From Vitrella brassicaformis CCMP3155 (lineage: Eukaryota > Protista > Chromerida): 64,000 nucleotides of DNA. The stretch's first letter is position 1; the number at the start of each line of letters is the position of its first letter. Below the pieces are notes generated by a model. That model saw only the letters and a program-made list of their open reading frames with translations. It made no database searches and was not told where the DNA came from. Where the stretch lies: the NCBI GenBank assembly GCA_001179505.1, contig CDMY01000437.1, positions 1 to 64,000 on the forward strand. The letters run 5' to 3'. Position numbers and translations under genes: made by a program. Of the stretch, positions 50,714 to 62,119 are shown piece by piece.

Positions 50714-51536
50714 ATAGAGCTCATCCATATGGATGCTGCATGTGTGGCGGCTTGTTTGTCGGTCTTTTGCCGCCCATTGTTTTGCTACGGGGCAAGGGGA
50801 TGGGGCTGTGGGGGTGGGGGGGATGATGGGGGCGGGGGAGCCAGAGAGTCCTCCCTGCAGCGTGTGTGTGTGTGTGTGTGTTTACATCACCCCGTGTGAG
50901 CATGTCATCGACCACGGGGAGACGACGATGCTTTGCTTCTGCACGTCCATCCGTCGTCCGGCTATATGGCTATTTGTGCCTGCCTGCCTGCCTGGAACAG
51001 ACGGAACAGCGATGCTTCGTCGCTCTCACCAGTGAGTGACAGACACCCTGGCACAGCTTAGCATAGCTTAGCATAGCATAGCATAGCACTGACCCACACG
51101 ACACATGCCATGCATCCGCCCGTGTGTGTGTGTTTGTACAAACAAACAAACCGATCGCCGTTTTTTGGTCTTCATAACCAACCCATTCATTAACCACATA
51201 GATGGATAAGCCACAGCACATGGCTGCGTCGCGTCCACACACACACACGCACACGACACGCACACACATCACAGGGACCCAGGGGCAGACAGTCGGTCGG
51301 TCGGTCGGTCGGTCGCAGAAGCATCGACAAGTGAGCAGCAAGGCAAGCAAGGCAGGGAGCGAGGAGGGAAGGGAGGGATCATTCATCCCCTCATTACATT
51401 ATATCCACACACACCATTTCATGAGCATGAGTGAGACCGAACACCAAACGAGTGAGTCAAAACTGGCTGGCTATTCCCTTGCTCCCTCCCCATCTCACAC
51501 CCACACCCACCCCACCCACACACGGCCTTTGCTACC

Positions 51537-52881
51537 CTACCCCCCTCTGCTAAGGTCGCCTCCCGGCAGGAAGGAGGCGATCGACGGCACAATGAAATCG
51601 GGCGCCCGGCTCGCATTCTCAGGGCTGCAGGGCAGTGGAGGCGACATGAATGAATGACACGACAAGAGAGAGGGTCGTTATGGGGGGTTGGTTGTCTGTC
51701 TGGGTGTCCGCTGCATACCTCTCTGCCTGCTGTTTGCTGTTGACGCCCGTCTCCACCATTAGAGTCGCTGCACACACACACACAGAGAGAGACAGGGAGG
51801 GAGGGAGAGGGGTGAGCAGGTTGTGGGGGGGGACACAGCGCAGCAACCGTCTCAGTGGCTTCAATTACCGACCGATGTTGGCCGTCCGCCCGAACTCTAT
51901 GTCGGTGAACAGATTGTCACCCACCATGCACAAGCTCTCCCGGGGCATACTGAACCGACTGATCACGCCACACACACACACACACACACACACGACACAC
52001 ACAGAATCCATATCCCCCCTGTCCCCCCCACATCCACCCCCACTGGCCACCTGCAGATGTCCTCGATGATGAACGGCCCCGGCTTGCCGACGATGTAAGG
52101 CGGCCTGTCCGCCACGATCTCGAGTGCGCTGACGAAGGTGCCTGCCCCGGGGAGCCTGCGGCCGTTGGCGGGGAAGTGTCTGTCCTTGTTGGTGACGAGG
52201 AAGAGCCGCGATGGGTCGGTGTTGAGGAGCATGCCGGCGTAGGAGATCTTGTAATAGTTGACCTCGTGGTCGAAACCCATCACGACGGCGCGAATGCTCT
52301 CGTCGAGCTGCCCGCCGCAATGCAATCAACGCACACACCGTGAGTGCATGTGAAGGGACGACCAACTGTCTGTGTGTGGGTGTGGGGGGGTGAAAAGGGT
52401 GTGTGTGTGTGTGGAGGAGGNNNNNNNNNNNNNNNNNNNNNNNNNNNNNNNNNNNNNNNNNNNNNNNNNNNNNNNNNNNNNNNNNNNNNNNNNNNNNNNN
52501 NNNNNNNNNNNNNNNNNNNNNNNNNNNNNNNNNNNNNNNNNNNNNNNNNNNNNNNNNNNNNNNNNNNNNNNNNNNNNNNNNNNNNNNNNNNNNNNNNNNN
52601 NNNNNNNNNNNNNNNNNNNNNNNNNNNNNNNNNNNNNNNNNNNNNNNNNNNNNNNNNNNNNNNNNNNNNNNNNNNNNNNNNNNNNNNNNNNNNNNNNNNN
52701 NNNNNNNNNNNNNNNNNNNNGTGTGTGGAGGAGGGGGGGGGGGTGGGGGGGGTGTTACCTCAACTCTGGCCATGTCGTATGGCAGTGGGAACTGCCCCGT
52801 GTGTGCGCTGTTGTCGAACACGTCTACCCCTTTCGCCCGGATCTCCTCCTTCATCGCGTCCGCACCTATCACATAGCTGTG

Positions 52882-52912
<31 letters not shown>

Positions 52913-53749
52913 GCCATGACCCGGGTCTGTCGTTGTCTGTCTGTTTGTGTGTGTTGTGCGCCGCTTACGCTTTGCCCTTAAAGCCGATTTTCTGGAGGTA
53001 GTTTGCCGTGGCTGACGCGGCGCAGTAGATGCTCTCCTCGGCGATGTCGTCAAACCCTCGACGCTGGAACATCTCGACGTACTGAATACACACACACACA
53101 CACACACACACACACGTACACGTGGATCAACGCACCAACGCATCAAGAAAGAAGCACAAGGGAAGCAGTATGGACCTGCTTCTTGTTGAATATGGAGTTG
53201 TTGGTGCAGAAGAAGACTCGCTTCCCCATGGCCCGCAGCCGCACCAGCGCCTCCCGCGCCCCAGCGATCACCTCCGTCCCCTCCCACAACACGCCGTCCA
53301 TGTCAAAGATGAAACCCTGACAAGAACAAACAGACGAACACACACGCACACACACACACACAGAGAGAGAGAGAGCGTGTGTCACATGCATCCTTCGGTT
53401 CGCTTCTCATCAGCGCGATGACCTCATATCTGTTGACGATCTCCTTCTCGATGTCGGCGAAGTCGTCCAGATACCGACAGAGCTCCGGCACCTCAATGGT
53501 CTCCGCCGACCCGCTGCCCATGGTAGAAATATCAGCGGCGCGTGGCACCGATGGCCGTGGCAGTACAGGCGGCTGCCAGTGCGGCGGGCGCGAGAGTCTG
53601 CCGCAGGTATACGCAGCAGACAGGAAGAGGGCGATGGGCAGCTGCCGCTGTCTACTTGTTGGGTGAGCCCGAGGGGTCCGCGGCTTGGAAGGACGGACAG
53701 CTACTTGTGTGAGGGATGGAACGACGCTGCTGATGAGCACAGATCTCAT
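51537..53749 (-). CDS. PGP: HAD-IIA phosphatase (phosphoglycolate / 4-nitrophenyl phosphatase family)
   Basis: FIFDMDGVLW, FCTNNS, AVVMGFD, FLVTNKD, PGAGT, IVGKP, MVGDNLFTDIEFG, TLMVETGV, PDFIVPS. In-frame ATGs at 53749 (long) and 53521 (short). Confidence 0.92.
52421..52720. other. Assembly gap (300 N) inside a PGP intron
   Basis: The flanking exons join in frame (MARVE|LDESIRAV), and GTGTGTGGAGGAGG occurs on both sides of the gap. Confidence 0.95.
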
Positions 53750-53776
53750 CAAACACGTTGCCCCCTTCCTTCGTGA

Positions 53777-53787
53777 GCTTAGCTCGC
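53777..53787 (+). promoter_or_regulatory. Candidate promoter motif GCTTAGCTCGC
   Basis: Exact match in the PGP / small-gene divergent gap, 114 bp upstream of ATG 53901. Confidence 0.6.
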
Positions 53788-53900
53788 AGGTGGGGATCGG
53801 GCGGTGGTTTCAGTCGAGAGAGGAGGCTTTGCCCAAGTAGTCGTTCGTGCATTTGCTGAGAGAGAAGATATCTGCCTCGAAATAGCGTAGATCGGCGGGT

Positions 53901-54622
53901 ATGAGAGGTCCCGACGCTCTCGGCGTTGGCTCCTGCATGATGACGATGCTCGTGCTGCTGCTCATCTGCGTCTGCTCCTTCACTGGTACGCCGCACACCG
54001 AGAGAACAGAAAGATCAGTGAGTGCCACTGCGATGCATCGACATAAGTGCGTGTTGTCCTGTCGCCTCCTTCCTTCTGTCGGTTGGTTCATTCCTGCGAC
54101 GCCTGGCGTGGCGCATGCAGATGCATTCCATCTTCCTCCCCACCAGCTGCTGCCCTCGCGGCCCCAGACACTCCCACACCCACAGCCACACCCACAGCCA
54201 CAGCCACAGGGACAGCCGCAGACAGTGTTGCGGCAGTACGCCGGAACGGAGCAGCTCGACGCCAGTGGTGCTGGTGGTGGCGATACGCTCATGCAGGCGC
54301 TCGTGGCGGGGCGGATCAGCGAGGAGGTGTTCCTGTACGAGCGTGACCGGCAGGAGCGAGAGCGGCTGCTGGCGCTGTTTGAGAAGGAGTCCTCTGACGA
54401 CATGAAGAAGCAGCTCCTCGACCTGCTTATGCGCAAGGAAGGTGCAGACACAGACAGACAGGGAGGGAGGGAGGGAGGGGGAGGGGAGGCTGCACACACG
54501 ACGGATTCTCCCTCTGTGTCTGTGTGTGTGTGTGAGGTTGACATGCAGGCGGGATGATGATGAAGGCCGGCGGGCCGAAGAAGGGGGCGAAGAAGGCGGC
54601 GCCCAAGAAACCGCTCCCCTGA
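53901..54622 (+). CDS. Small signal-peptide protein, possibly plastid-targeted; unknown function
   Basis: Exons about 53901-53986, 54121-54441, 54549-54622: ..MLVLLLICVCSFT|DAFHLPPHQ..PQ repeats..ISEEVFLYERDRQERERLLALFEKE..|GGMMMKAGGPKKGAKKAAPKKPLP*. Confidence 0.65.
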
Positions 54623-55573
54623 CAGCGACAAACCCGTCCACCCACCTCCACACGCGGCACGGCGAGCGGAGAGAGCGGGCGGAGATTTTTAGAGCTCGCG
54701 TGATATGCGAGATCAGATCATCATGACGGCAGACTGGCTGGTGAAAAACAAGACAGGATGGGATGGCGGTGCTTAGCGTAGGTCTTACGGACGGGCGGAC
54801 GGGACGAGTGCAGCTGTAGGGTAGGGCTTACCTTACGAGAGAGGGAGGGAGGGAGGGAGGGTGGGTGGGTGTATTGTGGGTGGGTAGGTGGGCAGATGGG
54901 ATGGATGGGTGTTGCGGATTTAAGCCTCTCTCGGTGTGCGTGGCGTGGGTAGGCGATGGGTGATTTGTGTTGTGTTGTGCGGTGTGGTGTGGTGTGGTGT
55001 GGTGTACAGCGACTCCCTCCCTCCCATGTGGCCTCTTGACATTTCCATGGATGGACTATGCCAGTGGCCGCCTCGTCTCCCTCCCTCTCTCCCTCTCTCT
55101 CCCTCTCTCTCTCTCTCTCTTGCCTTAGTCTAGCCTTGCGCCTGTACAAAGGATGCTATGCTGCCTGCCTCCTCCCCTCCCCTCATGGCCTCCCCCCTGT
55201 GCGCTCTGTGAGTGACAGACAAGTGTAGGTTGCGTCGACTGACATGGATGGACGAACAACGGATCTGATCTTAAGAATGACCGGATCGGAGCTCATCTTG
55301 ATCAACTGTAGCTAGCCAATGTCAGTCAGTCACTTATTCCCACACTCAGGCAGGACATTACTTACGCACATCACATCGATTCGAAACAATCGCCTTCGCA
55401 CACGTACGTCACACGATCGCCTTCCCGACCGTGTGCGCTATCTAAGACATCTATATAGGCTCCGCCCAACCTGACACACACACGGAAAGACACATAGACA
55501 CAATTCTGTTCGTCGTGTGTGTGGGCATCTTCTGCTCGTCTCAGCCGTGTTTGGTGCAAACATACCCAGCTGT

Positions 55574-56923
55574 CTACTGGCCGAAGAGGATGGCTGAGAT
55601 GACGGCCCCCAGCACCACACGCGCCAGCTGAGTGGTCTGCGGGAAGCGGTCCCTGAAGGCACCACCCACACCACACACAGCCGGCTCGGTCGTGTAGACC
55701 CACACAATCACTGCGAACGAATGGCAGGAGAGCATATAGCAGCGGACAGTGCATGAGAGTATGTGCCTCCCTGGGTCTGTCACCCTCCTCGCCTCTTTTG
55801 TTATACCGTGCGGGGCTGACCGTTGATGCCCGGCAGATCCTTGACGGCGATCCATGCGACGAACGAGTGGCCGGCGTCGGTGAGCACGAGACAGCGCCAA
55901 GGGAAGCGATGTGATGTGGTTGTGGTGCATCCCTCCACTGGTGTGTGGGGGGACTGTGTCAGCAGGTTGAGCAGCCGGTCGTTGTCGACATGCCTGACAC
56001 ACACACACAACATACACTCGTGTGACGTGAGCATTCCCACACAGAGTGATGCCCCACCTCACCTGTTGATAGAATGGCCGGTTGTGGTGTTGGTCTGGTG
56101 AGTCTCCGTGAAGTGGTAGAGGACGATCCACTTGACGAACGACGACACAGACGAGTAGTCACGAGCCAACGAAATCAGCGACTGCCAGCCCTCGGGCGGA
56201 CCATAGTCGATGCTGCTGCGGACGGGCGGGTCATGCTGCTGTCGGTGCTGCTGGTAGGGGTGGTTGGGAGGGAGGGGCGGGTCGATGTCGATCTCGAAGC
56301 CGTACTGGTCCTTGATAGCCCGCAGCCCGTTGCCGTGTTGGAACAGCTGGAAGGTCACGCCGTTGCCGAAGTGGATGTGGGGGCCGACCATCTTGAGCTG
56401 AGCCAACACACGGGGAGCGGCCAAATACGCCTACACACACAACACATCAACACATTGACCACACACCGATTGAGAGCCATCCCTCCTCCCTCCCTCCCTC
56501 CCTCGGTTGGCTTACCGTCTTGTTTGGGTATTGGTGCAGATCGCCCGCAGTGAGGCTCACAGGCAGCTGGCAGTTGCCGCACTGCCCCGCCAGCCCAACC
56601 ACCTCGCTCATCTCACTCCAGCCGCCCGCCTCCGTCACACACAGCGCCGCCAGCAGGTCACCCACACCCATCTGCTGGTCGTCGAATGTCAGCAGCTGCT
56701 GTCCGTTGGCCGTCCGCCGCAGCCCCGCCTGTGTGCCGAGCGAATGGCGGAGCCGCTGCCGCAGCTGAGCCGCTTTGAAGAGCTCTCTGAGCCAGCGGCA
56801 TGTGGCCCTCAGCTGCAGGACATCATCGAGGCTGAGAAGGTAGAAGGTGCGGCGGCCGACGAAGATGTACTCGATGGGGTGCTGCTGCTGCTGGTCGGGC
56901 TGCTGTTGCTGTGTGTCCTGCAT
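55574..56923 (-). CDS. Family F copy 5, short form (MQDTQQQQPDQQQQHPIEYIF...)
   Basis: Four exons, close paralog of copy 4. Ends AILFGQ*. Confidence 0.85.
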
Positions 56924-57051
56924 GGCAGTCAAGATCTGCCGACAGAGGCGGATGGACGAGAGAAAGAGAGGGCGGGCTGGGGGCGATGCCTCAAGACGAG
57001 ATGCCGGGAAGAAGCAGAAGACGATGCGAAAAGGTCATGTCTTTCCCTCCA

Positions 57052-57062
57052 GCTTAGCTCGC
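57052..57062 (+). promoter_or_regulatory. Candidate promoter motif GCTTAGCTCGC
   Basis: Exact match in the copy 5 / hypothetical-gene gap, 94 bp upstream of ATG 57156. Confidence 0.6.
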
Positions 57063-57155
57063 TGTCAGGCTAGGACATTGCGTGAAACTGTTCGCCCCGC
57101 GTCGCTGCGGGGAGGTATTCCTGAAACCGCTCTGGAAGGGAGACGTTCTGTATGT

Positions 57156-58107
57156 ATGGAATCGCCGGATCATTTCGTCTGCTCTCGGCAGAGTGGATAT
57201 TCTCTGCCGCAAGGGCAGGCGCCCGAGAGCTCTTCCACCCCCAACCTGATGCATCCTCTCCCCGCCGCAGTAAGCAGCAATGAGCGCCACAGACGCCGGG
57301 CACTCTGCATGCATTCACTTCGTTGTCATGATTTTCTGTCAGGCTCTTCATCGCAGCGTGGCCGTGAATTCGGCGGCATCCACCACCTGGGACAGCTCTG
57401 CGGCCCTCACCTGAGCTGCCTGGGCTACAGGAAGTCAACACACAACGTCCGCTCGCCCAGCAGATCCCATGAAGACCCTCTCAGTGAGCTCTTCTCGGTG
57501 CTGGAGGAGGAGGAGGCGCGGGGCGAGGACATCAAGGCGGTTCACGGGCAGCTGCAGCAGATGGAGGCCATTCTGGCCGATGAGGACGGCTCTGGAAGGC
57601 TGCTGGAGGGCATGGCAGACGACGGGGTGGGAGGGATGACGGTGCGAGAGGTCGCGGAGGGGGTGAGGGAGCTCCTGCCGTTCGTGACGGTGCATGACGT
57701 CCGCAAGCACCTGGTTAGCCGCATTGAGAGGGAGGGAGAGGCAGGGGAGGGTGGGCACGATGACTGCGTGAGTACGGGAGGCCTCCGGCAGCACATGGAG
57801 GGATTCCTGCAGGCCAAGCGAGATGAGCTGCAGGTAAGCGACACTTCACATGTCAATGCCCTCCCTTCTCATATGTGTGTGTGGCTGCATGCAGGTGGTC
57901 GAGGCGGGTTTGATCGGTCGCCGGGTGGCGTGTGAGCGTCGCGCGGAGGAAATGCGGCAGCGGCTGAGGCGGCGGTACTGCACCGTCATGTCGCGGCGGC
58001 TGGACGTCACGCCCAGCGAACAGCTGCTGCTCAAGAAAGACGGCGTGAGGAAGATACTCAACACCAGGTGAGTCAGAGGCACAACAGGCAAGACAGAGAG
58101 AGAGAGA

Positions 58108-58149
<42 letters not shown>

Positions 58150-58859
58150 TGCATTGCGCCTATCGCACTTTGTCTGTCGTTCGTCAATGCAGTCCTCGCC
58201 CGTTGGTCGACGCCCTGTTCCACCACTGCATACTGACCCAGGACCATGAGCAAGCAGCTGCCGACACCAACAACGGCAGCAGCAACGAGATCCCCTCCCC
58301 CGCCCCTTTTCCCTCTCCGCGAACCATCCACTGGCAAGAGATCGAGGCCCTTTTCGACCTGCCGTCCCTCCGGATGATCCGAGAGTCATACCTCTCGCCA
58401 CCGTTCCTCTTCGACCTCAGCAGCGATGAGTCGTCCCCCTCACGCCGGCGGTCCCGGCAGACGCGCAAGACTATCGGAGGCGCCCTCGACGGAGGTCGGT
58501 CGCCGCCCTTGCTGCCCCCAATGTTCCTCACACCCACGGTCCCAACGCCGACTATCCAACGGCCCCGCAGCAACGATTTCGTGGACAACAACGAGCATCA
58601 GCATGACCATGGCGACGACGAGCAGTCAGATGTGCCCCCGGTCAACGTGGGCAGCCCTTCGCGGACTGTACGGTCGGTGCAGTCGAGCTCGCCGACACGC
58701 GGCCACCGGTGCGTGGCGCTTGCAGTCAACAGGCCGCTGCATTATGTGGACAGCGGCGTGAGCGTGCCTGTGGTGCCGTATCCGCCGTTCTGCATGGGCG
58801 AGGGCGAGAATGGTGACCGGTTCGCAGAGGGAGGGGGAGGGGGGGCGCTGCGTGCATGA
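57156..58859 (+). CDS. Hypothetical protein with helical core and Ser/Pro-rich C-terminus
   Basis: Coding-like exons EDPLSELFSVLEEEE..FLQAKRDELQ|VVEAGLIG..RKILNTR|..PRPLVDALF..GALRA* with GT-AG junctions. Start codon is uncertain. Confidence 0.6.
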
Positions 58860-59289
58860 GCTGGACACGTGTGATGCATGATGATCGATGGGTGATGGGT
58901 GGGTGATGGGTGGGCTGTTTGTTGTAGAGTGCGTACCTGCACACCTACACACACACACAGATACATACCTACACACACAGAGGTGTATAGCTGGTCTGCA
59001 CGGGCCTGCATTGACTGCATGGGTGCGCATGGTGGATGGATGGATGAATGGAGGGAGGGACAGTGGACAGTACTGTCGTTGGGAAGAGACCGACCGACTG
59101 GGACAGACTGCTCGAACTGATTCGCCATGTGTCTGTACATTTCCACGCAAGGCGACACACGGCTCATTAGCTATGCGATGAGGAGGCCTTACCGACACCA
59201 ACACACCACATGTGCCCAAGAAAGCAGAAACTACAGCCAACATGGTTCCGCCATCCCTATGTCTCTCCATCTATCTCTGTCTGTGTATA

Positions 59290-61587
59290 TCACGCGATGG
59301 CGGTCTGCGGCCATATGATGACCACAACATCGTTGTGTCGGCCGCCGCCTCGCACGGCCGCCATGACGTTGCTGTTGTCTAGATTGCTGTGCCCGGTCAC
59401 TCTATTGAGCTTGAAGCCCTCACTGCCGAGAGCGGTGGCAATCGCATGGAAATTCAAGGCCGCCTACGACCATCAGTCCATCCAAACACACACAGACAGG
59501 CACATCTGCGCGTGGGTGAGTTGTTAATTCCCGTTTCCTGTCCTCACCGTGGCGTATTGTCGTTTCTTGTTTTCGTCGTTTGTGAGATAGTTCTCGTTCG
59601 CTTGGATGGCCCGCTCGGTCTCGGCCAGTGCGGCATCGAGCTTCTGGGCCTGCTGCGCCAGCATCGCCTTGTCCGACTGGCGAAGCGAACCCTGAATCAT
59701 GAACGACAAGAGACAAGCAGACACAAGAGAGAGGTGGAGACACGGATTCACCCCTGTGCGCACCTGTCTGTCGTTGGCTACTACTCCTCTCATGTTGTTC
59801 ATATCCTTGTCTGTCATGAATATGCGGTGGGTCTTGTGCGTGACGTCAGACACATACGAGAGCTCATACACATGGCCGGCACGGGCGGCTCGGACCAGAC
59901 TACTGCAGCAACACACAAGCAGAGATGTGTTGTGTCTGCCTCTCTCTCTCTCTGTGTGTGTGTGTGTGTCTGTGCCCACGTGCCTTAGCTCATCACCACA
60001 ATGTCCTTGTGGCCTTGCTGGCTCGCACGGTCGACGGCCGTCTCGTCGACAGGCATCTTGTTGAATCCGCCGCTGCCGACGGCCTTGGCGATGGCATCGA
60101 AATTCAACACAGCCTGCACCACCGACACAAAGACTCCAGACGAGACACAGGTCTGTGTGAGGGCTGGGGTGCGTACCGCGGCGTAATTGCGTTTGTCAGT
60201 TTCGTTATTGTCGAGGTATCTCGGGTCGGCCTCGATGCGCTTCTCGATCTCGTCTAGTGCGGCATCGAGCTTCTGGGCCTGCTGGGCCAGCATCGCCTTG
60301 TCATACTGAGAAAGCGGGCCCTTAACACACACATACGCAGAGAGAGTAGAGAGGGGCACACACACAGACGTCTCTATTGTGCGTACGTGTTGTGTGTCGA
60401 CAACCACTGAGGTGAGCTCTTTCATGTCCTTCTCGTCGATAAATATGCGGTGGGTCTTGCGGGTCACGTCAGACGCATAGGATATCTCATACACATGGCC
60501 GGCACGGGCAAGACGACCCATCGCCTCCATCTCCACACTGTACTCACACCCACACAGACCGGAATCAAACGCATCCATCCATTGGTGGTGGCCATCTGTG
60601 CGCACCTATATGCGATGTCCGCCCCACCCGGGGCACTCTGCTGATTTGGCTGCTCTGGCTCTGGCTCAGCCTCCGGCTCCTGCTGTGGAGCTGACGGCGG
60701 GGGCATCGCGGCAGAGTGGTGGTGGTGGGCCTGCTCAGAAAACTTGACGAGCTCACATTCGCCCGAGGCCGTGTCTGTGCATGCTGGTGCTGACGGGGGG
60801 AGGTCCTGTCGGGGCGGCAGATGCAGCTGCTCCGTCCGATGCTGCAACCGCTCCGTTCGATGCAATGCAACGGGCGGGATGGGGGGAATTGGCGGGATGG
60901 GCGGGATGGGCGGGATGGGCGGGATGTCGGCCGCCGCACCAGAGGGCGCGCACACCGCCACCAATACCAGAGACAGCAGGCTCACCAGCAACACTGCACC
61001 CATTGCAGCAAGACATGCACAGACAAACACGGTCCACAGTGCTTGTTCCCCTGCTTACCTCTGGGGCCACGCTCGGGCGCCTGGATCTCCTCTTTGTGGC
61101 ACTTGTTCCGGCCGCCATGGCCATGCCGATGTCCCTCCCGCACATACGTCCCGCCCCCCCTCGCGCGCCCGCCGCCCCCGCCAGCAGCCTTCACCTCCCG
61201 CATCACCATGCCGCGAGAGGGCACCTCACACACATCCTCACGCGGAGCAACCTGAACCTCCTTCAGCACCGCCCCGCGAGAGGCCGGGGCCTCACGCGCA
61301 GCGGCCTGGATCTCCTTCATGACCTTCCCGCGGCTGGGCGCGGTGGCAATGGAGATCTCCTCCATCACACGACCGCGGCTGGGAGCGGGAGCGTCCGATA
61401 CGCGGTTCTCATTGCTGTTCATGGAGATCTCTTGCATGATGTGGCCGCGGCCGGGCGGCGAGGCGGTGAAGATGCTGGAGAGTGCGGCAGATCTGGTGGG
61501 CGGGGCGGGCGCCTCCTCGTCGTAGGTTGGGAAGCCCGGGTGGGCGGAGTCGCCACACGGAGGGGAAGCCTTCTCCTTACTGAACAT
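59290..61587 (-). CDS. Type II membrane (or secreted) protein: N-terminal RGxVMxE repeats, TM/signal helix, (IPP)5 stalk, and two tandem homologous 3-exon C-terminal cassettes each with its own stop
   Basis: Exon 61587-61059, 65-nt intron, exon 60993-60606, cassette A 60537-59985 (..GHKDIVVMS*), cassette B 59902-59290 (..RHNDVVVIIWPQTAIA*). The cassettes share ARAGHVYE.SY.SDVT.KTHRIF and DKAMLAQQAQKLDAAL. Confidence 0.75.
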
Positions 61588-62119
61588 TGCACACCGGAAA
61601 GCGCTCCTGGCCAAGTATGGAATTCTCGCCGAAGCTCGCGTTGAAATTTCTTTGCGAACACAGTTTTGGTGATGACAGGCATGTCTGATGCCTCCACACC
61701 TCCTCTCATCACCATCATCGGTAAGACCTCTCGGCCCATTCACTCAGTGAGCCGGTGCGCTAAGCCTTCCCATCAGCGAGGCCAACTGAGGGAGGCAGGC
61801 AGACAGATGATCCATGAGATATGGAAACGACAGGCAACGCATTCCCTTCCCTCCCTGCGTGGCTGTGCGGTGTGTGTGCTGTCAGATCTGACTGTGACGG
61901 GCTGAGTGAGAGGTTCTGGACGGCTGTGGCGGGCAGCACTCATCAGTCGGGCTGCTTCTTGATGGCTGACGTTAGTTTCAGCTCGATAGCTGACGCCACA
62001 GCTCTCACACTGAGCAGTGAGTCGGCAGACTGAGAGCACAGGCACACTGATGACTGCATCCCATCTCGCTGTGTGGCTGGGCTGCTTCCTTGGTGCAGGT
62101 GGTTGACCGTGTTCGTCAG

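Noticed and set aside
51055-51090. GCTTAGC hits in (CATAG/CTTAG)n as promoter motifs
   Set aside because: Pentanucleotide microsatellite lacking the TCGC half, located in a convergent 3' region.
60870-60930. 9-bp GGGCGGGAT tandem as a regulatory repeat
   Set aside because: It encodes the (IPP)5 stalk of the type II protein on the minus strand.
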